Shown here: one piece after another, positions 1 to 6,538 of the stretch
Position numbering within the stretch: the stretch's first letter is position 1
Layout: every line of letters begins with the position of its first letter
The notes under the pieces: model-generated
What the model was told of the DNA's origin: nothing
The model's input: only the letters and a program-made list of their open reading frames with translations
The model's database searches: none
Program-made: the position numbers and the translations under genes
From: Candidatus Micrarchaeota archaeon
Lineage (GTDB): Archaea; Micrarchaeota; Micrarchaeia; Norongarragalinales; SBBD01
Assembly (NCBI GenBank): GCA_043806595.1
Contig: JAZDGU010000003.1
Location: 1-19,893, forward strand
DNA: 19,893 nt
Direction of reading: 5' to 3'

Positions 1-1
1 A

Positions 2-463
2 CCCGAATTTCAAACAAGAATTGGTTTTAACATGAATTATCAGTATAAGATAATTGGCAATTTGAATCCCGGCGAGTATAGAGATGTTGTGAAAGGGGTG
101 ACGTGTGCTGAGCCGGAAACAATAGTGGTCGTTGCAGATGCTGATTTTCCGGACGAAGAGGACGAATGGCATGAGGCAAATAATATCAAAACGACATCCT
201 TTGAATGCCTGCATATAGAGACGTCACCTGGCGGCAGCCCGCTGCTGGTCGCCACTGTCAAGCCATACGATATTAAAACACAAGAAGGCGGAGGGCGTCA
301 GCAGAAAATGGAAGCTGCCGATTTTTCCGGGTTCGCCAATTTGGTTATTCGCAATTCCACGCCGTTTCTTGTCGGAATGGGCATATTGGCCTCCGCGTGG
401 TTCTTCTACGACCGCCGCAGGAACATCCGAATGGCTCGCTTGAAAACGCGGGGAAGGCGTTAG
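2..463 (+). CDS. C-terminal part of a surface protein with a CARDB-like domain and C-terminal TM anchor plus basic tail (5' truncated by the window edge)
   Basis: The frame is open from position 2 (PEFQTRIGFNMNY...), so ATG 32 is probably internal. LNPGEY...IVVVADADFPDEEDEWHEANN resembles the CARDB pattern L.PGE...V.vD....E.nE.NN. It ends in hydrophobic FLVGMGILASAWFFY followed by RRRNIRMARLKTRGRR. Confidence 0.7.
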   Translation, partial: PEFQTRIGFNMNYQYKIIGNLNPGEYRDVVKGVTCAEPETIVVVADADFPDEEDEWHEANNIKTTSFECLHIETSPGGSPLLVATVKPYDIKTQEGGGRQQKMEAADFSGFANLVIRNSTPFLVGMGILASAWFFYDRRRNIRMARLKTRGRR

Positions 464-492
464 CAAGACTCTAGGATCATCCTTGCCGGGCT
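464..492 (+). repeat. Direct repeat, left copy (CAAGACTCTAGGATCATCCTTGCCGGGCT)
   Basis: 26/29 identical to 1961-1989. It starts on the first base after the stop codon of the upstream gene. Confidence 0.85.
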
Positions 493-637
493 CGAAAACA
501 GCCCTTTCGAAAAGTATATGCAGTATACGCGAAGTCGTATACTTTGTATTCTTCGGGGGCACGCCCGCTTAACAATCCCGGTATCTGATGATAAGAAACT
601 TCAAAACGCCACTTTCCTTCATGCTAAGTATATATTA

Positions 638-666
638 AGTTCACGCATTAGTGAACTATTTATAAA
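638..666 (+). promoter_or_regulatory. Palindromic operator AGTTCAC-N6-GTGAACT (638-657) next to TATA box TTTATAAA (659-666)
   Basis: Perfect 7-bp inverted arms. The TATA box ends 21 nt before ATG 688, consistent with a leaderless or short-leader transcript. Confidence 0.75.
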
Positions 667-687
667 CATCATCTTCTTAATGTAGGC

Positions 688-1299
688 ATGGCAGGTGTCT
701 TTTCGCCGAAATCGTGCAGGATAGTGTCTTACCTATTGCTGCATGCGAAGACGGCAGTAAGCCAAAAGCAGATTGTGGAGGCAACAGGCGTTTCAAAGGG
801 GCTTGCAAGCAAAGTCGTTTCGGAACTCGTGCAAAAAGGCTTGGTCAAACGCCCTTACCGCACGCGGTTTTCATTGGAGTATCCCGAAAAGCTGTTGCTG
901 GACTGGATCGGCAAAAGGAACATAGGCGCGAAAAAGGCGTTCTTTGCCAAAGACGCAAGCGTCTTGAAGGAAGTGAAGCATGCGCACACCATTTTCTCCG
1001 GAGCCCTGCTCGACTCGGGCTACCTTGAAAGCGGGACAACGACTGCGTACGTGGCAAGCGATTTCCGGCCGTCGAAGGGCATGCTGGAAGGCAGGCTGGA
1101 CAGCCTCAAGACCAAGATTGCGTTGATTCCGGCCGAAGATGAGTTCGTGTTCTACGGAAAAAGGCGCGTGGGAAAGGAGGTCGTCGTGAATCCGTTCCTC
1201 CTGTACGTTGATTTGGCAAGCTTCGGGGGGCTGGCGTTGACTGCATTGGAGCGCGTAGCCGAGAAACACGGCTTTCCCTCGCTTAAAAGCGGTGGTTGA
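688..1299 (+). CDS. Winged-HTH transcriptional regulator / AbiEi_2 (DUF2186)-like type IV antitoxin
   Basis: N-terminal HTH (SQKQIVEATGVSKGLASKVVSELVQKGLV), PEKLLLDW, and C-terminal VNPFLLYVDL..FGG, typical of AbiEi_2-like proteins. Its TGA abuts the ATG of a nucleotidyltransferase gene. Confidence 0.7.
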   Translation: MAGVFSPKSCRIVSYLLLHAKTAVSQKQIVEATGVSKGLASKVVSELVQKGLVKRPYRTRFSLEYPEKLLLDWIGKRNIGAKKAFFAKDASVLKEVKHAHTIFSGALLDSGYLESGTTTAYVASDFRPSKGMLEGRLDSLKTKIALIPAEDEFVFYGKRRVGKEVVVNPFLLYVDLASFGGLALTALERVAEKHGFPSLKSGG

Positions 1300-1971
1300 A
1301 TGGCCGAAGTCTACGGCAAGGGAATATGCAAAAAATCCTTTGAGGAAATGCGCGTTTTCGTCAGGCACGCCAATGCCATCGGGGAGTCTCCCATGCTTTT
1401 CGGAGGCTGGGCGGTCTATCATTACAATCCTTACGCCGGAAGCAGGGACGTCGATTTCGCCGTTTCCGACGAGAATTTCGACAGGCTCGTGGACTTCCTC
1501 GTCGCCAGGGGCTACGGCCAAAGGCAGGCAAGGCTGTTCAAGGAAGACGTTTTCTTCGACTTGTACAAAAAGAGCGAGGAGATAGGCGGCGAAAAAAATA
1601 GGATAAGCTTTTCATTGCTTTACGAAGGCTGCGAGCGCATTTACTTGCGCGGATACGATTCCCCACCTGGAAGGGAGGAAGTTCTTTTGCCCAGCCTCGG
1701 CGTCCTCGCCTACTTCAAGCTCGTGGCGCTCGAGGAAAGGAGCGTTCCCAAGGACCGCAGTGACGCAATTGCCCTACTCCTCAAAAGCTCTGAAGAAGAT
1801 TTGCATGGAACAGCCGGGCTCATGGGGGAAAGGCCTAAGTTAAGGGAACGGCTTCTCACTCTCCGCAACGACGCGCAAAGCCTTTCATTCGTGACCGCGC
1901 CTACCAAAAAAGAGTTGAACAGGCTTAACCAGAAAGTCAAGACCCTTATGCAAAGCCTGCCAAGACTCTAG
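1300..1971 (+). CDS. Nucleotidyltransferase of the Pol-beta superfamily, AbiEii/DUF2204-like putative toxin
   Basis: Motifs LFGGWAV...GSRDVDF (GG...SxDxD), then KLVALEER and KDRSD. Confidence 0.75.
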   Translation: MAEVYGKGICKKSFEEMRVFVRHANAIGESPMLFGGWAVYHYNPYAGSRDVDFAVSDENFDRLVDFLVARGYGQRQARLFKEDVFFDLYKKSEEIGGEKNRISFSLLYEGCERIYLRGYDSPPGREEVLLPSLGVLAYFKLVALEERSVPKDRSDAIALLLKSSEEDLHGTAGLMGERPKLRERLLTLRNDAQSLSFVTAPTKKELNRLNQKVKTLMQSLPRL

Positions 1972-1989
1972 CATCATGCTTGCCGTGCT
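1961..1989 (+). repeat. Direct repeat, right copy (CAAGACTCTAGCATCATGCTTGCCGTGCT), overlapping the toxin stop codon
   Basis: 26/29 identical to 464-492. Confidence 0.85.
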
Positions 1990-2224
1990 TCCCCTGCACT
2001 CCTACTGCTTCTGAGTGCATGCCGGTTTTCCGCATACTTGAACCACCTCGTTTTCCTTTGGCCAGGCCAAGCGCGACGAGAATAAAAAGACTGCCGAGAT
2101 TGAAGGATGACGAAACCGAATTCGTAACGCGCCAAATTGTTCACTGGACGTAGCCCTATCCCGCTTGCCGTTAAGTTTGGCAAACACACCTAATGTCGGC
2201 GGCCTCTTTTCTGCTCCAACATAA

Positions 2225-2425
2225 CCCGTTGTCGACATAAACCAAGAAGGCGGAGGACGCCAGTACAAGGTCGAAGGCGCAGGACTCTCCGCGTTTGCCT
2301 ACCTTGTCGTCGAACAAACCGCAGCATTCATGGTCGCAGCCGCGGTTGATGCATCAGCTCGGTTCTTCCACGACCGGCACAAGAACATGAAAAAGATTCA
2401 CAGGAAAACCGGCAGGCGGCGCTAG
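2225..2425 (+). pseudogene. Orphan 3' fragment of a paralog of the surface-protein gene at 2-463
   Basis: 2243-2425 translates QEGGGRQYKVEGAGLSAFAYLVVEQTAAFMVAAAVDASARFFHDRHKNMKKIHRKTGRRR*. This aligns without gaps at 29/60 identity to 281-463. There is an in-frame TAA at 2222-2224 upstream. Confidence 0.85.
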
Positions 2426-2475
2426 GCCAATTTTCTGCACTGCGACCCATCCAAATGCAATTTCCATATGTTCAT

Positions 2476-2502
2476 AGTTATCAAATATGATAACTTTATA
2501 AA
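2476..2502 (+). promoter_or_regulatory. Palindromic operator AGTTATCA-N4-TGATAACT (2476-2495) overlapping TATA box TTTATAAA (2495-2502)
   Basis: Perfect 8-bp inverted arms. The TATA box ends 22 nt before ATG 2525. Confidence 0.8.
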
Positions 2503-2524
2503 TACAAAAGGATAGTATCGGTAT

Positions 2525-3229
2525 ATGAACGCGGATTCGTTCCTTGACGCGCTTGAACGGCAGGGCGTGGCGGTGTTCACGCTCAAGGACGCTGCAAGAA
2601 TCATTGGAAAGCCCAAGGAGTACGCCAAATTGTTTCTCAGCCGGCTTGCAAAGCGGAAGAAAATCCTTCGAATCGAACGCGGCAAATACTGCCAAAACAA
2701 TGTAAGCCTATTGGAGGCAGCGTCGAACCTAGCATACCCCGCATACGTGTCCTTTCTCTCGGCGCTGGCCTTCCACAGGCTTACCACGCAGATTCCCGTC
2801 TTGGTGGAGGTGGCTTGCGCGAGGCAAAGGAAGGAAGCGAGCTTTGGCGGCACCCGCATTGAGTTCGTGAAACTCAAAAAGGAGGCTATTTTCGGCTTCC
2901 GCCGCTATGGAAACGCGTTTGTCGCCGAGCCCGAGAAATCGGTTATTGACGGCCTCTATGCGCCGAACCACCTGCCCCTCTCGGAAGCCTTCTACGCAAT
3001 AAAGCACGGCAAACTCGACACGAATAAATTATGCGATTACGCCGACAAGCTCGGTTCTTCAATTGTAAAACGCAGGCTTGGCTTTCTTCTTGAGACGGCC
3101 GGAATGCAGGCGAGCGGACGCCCGAATTATGTGAAGGCCTCACGGTATGCCCTGCTCAATCCCATGCTTGGCAGTAAAGGAAAACGCGATAAAAAGTGGA
3201 TGCTCGTAGTCAACGAGGTGCTGGAATGA
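2525..3229 (+). CDS. abiEi: Type IV TA AbiEi-family antitoxin / transcriptional regulator (COG5340-like)
   Basis: N-terminal wHTH (VFTLKDA...LSRLAKRKKILRIERGKY), AYVSFLSALAFHRLTTQIP, AEPEKSVIDGL, KRRLGFLLE and C-terminal KKWMLVVN. Confidence 0.9.
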   Translation: MNADSFLDALERQGVAVFTLKDAARIIGKPKEYAKLFLSRLAKRKKILRIERGKYCQNNVSLLEAASNLAYPAYVSFLSALAFHRLTTQIPVLVEVACARQRKEASFGGTRIEFVKLKKEAIFGFRRYGNAFVAEPEKSVIDGLYAPNHLPLSEAFYAIKHGKLDTNKLCDYADKLGSSIVKRRLGFLLETAGMQASGRPNYVKASRYALLNPMLGSKGKRDKKWMLVVNEVLE

Positions 3230-3993
3230 TTTCAAGGAAGGAACTGGAATCCGCCGGCCGCTCGCTGGGCTTCAACGCCTACCAAGCGGAGAAAGATTAC
3301 CTGCAGCACGCGTTTCTCGCATCGCTGTATTCCGTGTCCGAACGCGAATTCGTGTTCAAGGGCGGGACCGCCCTCCAGAAGGCATTCGGCTTGGACCGGT
3401 TTTCCGAGGATTTGGACTTCACGCTCGTTGGAAAGCCCCAAAACGCGCAGGCGCTCATCCAAGCAGCGGTTGCAGACTTCGGCAAATTCGCGGAAGCGGA
3501 TAGTTCAAAGGATCAGGAAACGGCAGACTCTTTTTCGGTCAAACTCAAGGCCAAGGGGCCACTTTTTGGCGGAAGCGAACGGAGTTCCCAGACGATTCTG
3601 CTCGAAGTAAGCAAGAGGGAAGTTTTGCTCAAGGCGCCGGCTGCAAGGCGCGTCGTCCCGCCGTATGCCGACTTGCGCGCGTATGTTGCGCTCTGCATGG
3701 ATTTGGACGAACAGCTTGCAGAAAAAGTCCGCGCAATCATGACCCGGGAGAAGGCAAGGGACGTTTACGATGCATGGTTCCTCGTCAGGAAAAAAGCGGT
3801 TTTCAATAAACACGATTCCGATGCAAAACTCTCTTATTATGGAAAGAAATTCGAGTTCAAGGAATTCAAGAAGGCGGTCCTCAAAAAGCAAAAGGCGTGG
3901 GACAAGGAGCTCAGGACGCTGTTTAAAACCACCCCCGTCTTCACAGAAACCAGCGGCGAGCTATTGAAAGCCATCGAAACTATCTGCACCTAG
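3226..3993 (+). CDS. abiEii: AbiEii/AbiGii-family nucleotidyltransferase toxin (COG2253-like)
   Basis: Motifs EKDY, VFKGGTAL, RFSEDLDF, AEKVRA and ARDVYD. Start revised to ATG 3226, which overlaps the abiEi stop (ATGA) and has GAGGTG at 3215-3220. Confidence 0.92.
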   Translation: MISRKELESAGRSLGFNAYQAEKDYLQHAFLASLYSVSEREFVFKGGTALQKAFGLDRFSEDLDFTLVGKPQNAQALIQAAVADFGKFAEADSSKDQETADSFSVKLKAKGPLFGGSERSSQTILLEVSKREVLLKAPAARRVVPPYADLRAYVALCMDLDEQLAEKVRAIMTREKARDVYDAWFLVRKKAVFNKHDSDAKLSYYGKKFEFKEFKKAVLKKQKAWDKELRTLFKTTPVFTETSGELLKAIETICT

Positions 3994-4157
3994 CCAGCGG
4001 CTCGGCGCTCTTCCCCCTGCACTCGGCCGCGTTCAAGCAGGGGTCGGCGCGAAGTTCCGGGCTTATCTTTGGCGGCGGTTTTGCCAGGGGGCCTATGACG
4101 CTAGTATTGCAAACTTTTTTATTCCCAGTTGCTTTAGATGTGACGGGGGGATTATTC

Positions 4158-4376
4158 GTGGTGGTGAAAAAAACAATCGGGATCGCGAGCGGACTCGGCA
4201 CTCTTGTTTTGACCACGATGGTGCTGGTCGCGCTGGGGCTGGTGTACTTTCTGGTAAGCCTGTGGATAATCAAGACCGGGGCGCACCTTCTCGGCTACAA
4301 CGATTTGGAGGCCAACTGGGCGGTTTTGTCTGCGGCGCTGCTTAGCGTCGGAAGCCTAGTGGGAAAAAGGGCATAA
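4158..4376 (+). CDS. Small two-TM membrane protein
   Basis: Two hydrophobic helices (LVLTTMVLVALGLVYFLVSLWIIK; ANWAVLSAALLSVGSLVG). The GTG start after a G-rich SD-like run is uncertain; the ORF track gives 4095. Confidence 0.65.
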   Translation: MVVKKTIGIASGLGTLVLTTMVLVALGLVYFLVSLWIIKTGAHLLGYNDLEANWAVLSAALLSVGSLVGKRA

Positions 4377-4415
4377 CGCGCAAATCGTACGTTTTGACGG
4401 GGGATATCCGCAGCC

Positions 4416-5237
4416 ATGGGATTCTTTGACAGGATAAAAACGGGTTTCGAGCTCACCAAGGCCAGCCTTCGCATAGTGCGCAGCGATCCAGAGTTCCTCG
4501 TGCTGCCCGTGATAAGCGGCGTGATAATGCTGGCCATACTGGCAACGTTCTTATTGTTTAAGATTGGAAACGATCAGGTCGGCGATGCGGTGTTTTGGGG
4601 TTTTCTCGCAGTCTACTACCTCGCGTCCTTCTCTCTGCTCTACTTCATCCAGGCAATGGTCATAGAGGCGGCGCGCAGGCGCTTTGCCGGCGAAAACCCG
4701 ACGCTTGGCAATACCTTCGGCGAAGCCGCAAAAAAACTGGACAAGGTCATCGTCTTGGCCGCGATCGCCTCAGTTGTCTCGATAGTCTCGCAGTTCTTGC
4801 GGCAAAAGGCGGGTGAGAAGCCCGGCGCCGGAGGTCTCGTCCTCGCGCTGATGGGCTCGCTGCTCGGCGTGGCCTGGACGGTCATATCCTACTTTTCGCT
4901 GCCCGTCATACTCTACGAGAACGCCGGGGTTTTCGAATCTTTCGGCAGGAGCAAGGATTTGGTCAAAAAGACTTGGGGGGAGGCCGTGGCAGCCAACGTG
5001 AGCACGCTGCTTTTGTACGTTCCGGCGCTGGCGTTCTTGGTTCTCGCCTTCCTCGTTCCCATCGGGCCGATGCCGCTCGTATTTCTTGGCTTGTGCGTGG
5101 TGTCTGTTTTCTTGGCCGCGATTGTCGGCGCGATAGTCAAGGCCGTCATCTCCCAGGCATTGTACGAGTATGCCAATACCGGCAAGGTTCCGGCTGGAAT
5201 GCCTGAAGGTGCGGTCCAGAATTTTTACTCGCGGTAG
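4416..5237 (+). CDS. Multi-pass membrane protein, DUF6159-like
   Basis: MGFFDRIKTGFELTKASLRIVRSDPEFLVLP start, about 6 TM segments, LPVILYEN.G.FESFGRS..LVKKTWGE and ALYEYANTGKVP. Confidence 0.75.
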   Translation: MGFFDRIKTGFELTKASLRIVRSDPEFLVLPVISGVIMLAILATFLLFKIGNDQVGDAVFWGFLAVYYLASFSLLYFIQAMVIEAARRRFAGENPTLGNTFGEAAKKLDKVIVLAAIASVVSIVSQFLRQKAGEKPGAGGLVLALMGSLLGVAWTVISYFSLPVILYENAGVFESFGRSKDLVKKTWGEAVAANVSTLLLYVPALAFLVLAFLVPIGPMPLVFLGLCVVSVFLAAIVGAIVKAVISQALYEYANTGKVPAGMPEGAVQNFYSR

Positions 5238-5378
5238 CGAATCATCATTGGCCGGAAGAGAAAGTCGATGGCGCCGTATTCCATCGCTCTGCCCGCGAAG
5301 GGCGAAAGCCGCCGGAATCGCACAAATAAAAGGGGGAAATATCGGCGAAGGGCACAGTCGTAATCGAGTGAATTCTTG

Positions 5379-6443
5379 ATGGGCAGCAGGGTCGCGAGGG
5401 AATCGCAAAAAGCGGGACTGCCACCCGGCACGCCGGTGTATGTCGGCGCGAGGGCGGAGCAAAAGTCTTTAATCACGGCAATCAACTTTTCACAGGATAA
5501 GGCCACGTTTTTTGAAAGCGTCGGCGTTGAAAAGCTTGCTCAACTCGCCGCTTTTTCAGGGACTACGTGGATTAACGTCGACGGAATCAGCGACGTTGAA
5601 ACAATCCAAGCCATCGGCGCGAGCTTCAAGCTCCATCCGCTAATGATAGAGGACATCCTCAACTCCTCGCTGCGCCCGAAATACGAGGAATACGACGACG
5701 CTTTCTTCATGGTCGCCAAAATGCTCTCCTTTGACCCGAAGACCAACAAACTCGAATCCGAGCAGCTCAGCCTGGTAGTCAGTGGAAATTGCCTCCTGTC
5801 GTTCCAGGAACGCCCCGGCGACATCTTCAACGGCCTTCGTTCGGGCATTCTGAACGGAAAATCCCGCGCGCTGGGGCACGGGCCAGACTTTCTCGCCTAC
5901 CTGCTTCTGGATGCGACGGTGGACAACTATTTTGCCATTCTTGAAAGGCTCGGCGAGAGAATCGAATCGGTCCAAAGCGAAGCAGTCGAACATCCATCGG
6001 TTTCCACACTTCAAGGCATTCACGCCATGCGAAAGAACAACAATTCGCTGCGGCGCAACATCTGGCCGCTTCGCGAGGCCGTCTCGGGGTTCCAAAAGGG
6101 CGACCGACGCTGGGTTTCCAAGGAAACAAGCGTATACCTGCGCGATGCATACGACCACGTAATACAGGCGCTTGACTCGCTCGAATCCAACCGCGAGACA
6201 GTGACCGGATTGCTCGACTTGTACCTGTCAACTTCAAGCAACAGGTTGAACGAAGTTATAAAGACCCTTACCGTGATTTCCACGATATTCATACCGCTTA
6301 CGTTCGTCGTCGGCGTATATGGGATGAATTTCAAGTTCATGCCGGAACTGGGCTGGAGTTGGGCCTATCCGCTGCTTTGGGCGTTCATGGCTGTGATCGC
6401 CGCCATGATGATTCTCTATTTCAGGAGGAAGAAATGGCTTTAG
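5379..6443 (+). CDS. corA: Magnesium/cobalt transporter CorA
   Basis: GLPPGT.VYVG at the N-terminus, LHPLMIEDI, the signature GVYGMNF.FMPEL between two C-terminal TMs, and a YFRRKKWL end. Confidence 0.97.
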   Translation: MGSRVARESQKAGLPPGTPVYVGARAEQKSLITAINFSQDKATFFESVGVEKLAQLAAFSGTTWINVDGISDVETIQAIGASFKLHPLMIEDILNSSLRPKYEEYDDAFFMVAKMLSFDPKTNKLESEQLSLVVSGNCLLSFQERPGDIFNGLRSGILNGKSRALGHGPDFLAYLLLDATVDNYFAILERLGERIESVQSEAVEHPSVSTLQGIHAMRKNNNSLRRNIWPLREAVSGFQKGDRRWVSKETSVYLRDAYDHVIQALDSLESNRETVTGLLDLYLSTSSNRLNEVIKTLTVISTIFIPLTFVVGVYGMNFKFMPELGWSWAYPLLWAFMAVIAAMMILYFRRKKWL

Positions 6444-6538
6444 ACGTCGATATCTTTCTTACGAAAAAACTGGGAATGCCGATAAAGTGGGCTGGAACCG
6501 GATTATAGCTTTTCGAGTCAAATTTTGAAAACGGGTCG

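Noticed and set aside
464..2502. CRISPR array suggested by the 29-bp palindromic repeat
   Set aside because: There are only two copies, about 1.5 kb apart, with no regular spacers and no cas genes.
471..3993. CTAG tetramer at all four junctions as a transposon target site
   Set aside because: CTAG also forms the stop of ordinary genes here (8937-8940, 12716-12719), so it is not diagnostic alone. No transposase or terminal inverted repeats were seen.
464..4400. Integron cassette array with attC sites
   Set aside because: I could not find paired RYYYAAC...GTTRRRY boxes enclosing long imperfect hairpins after the genes, and no integron integrase is in the window.
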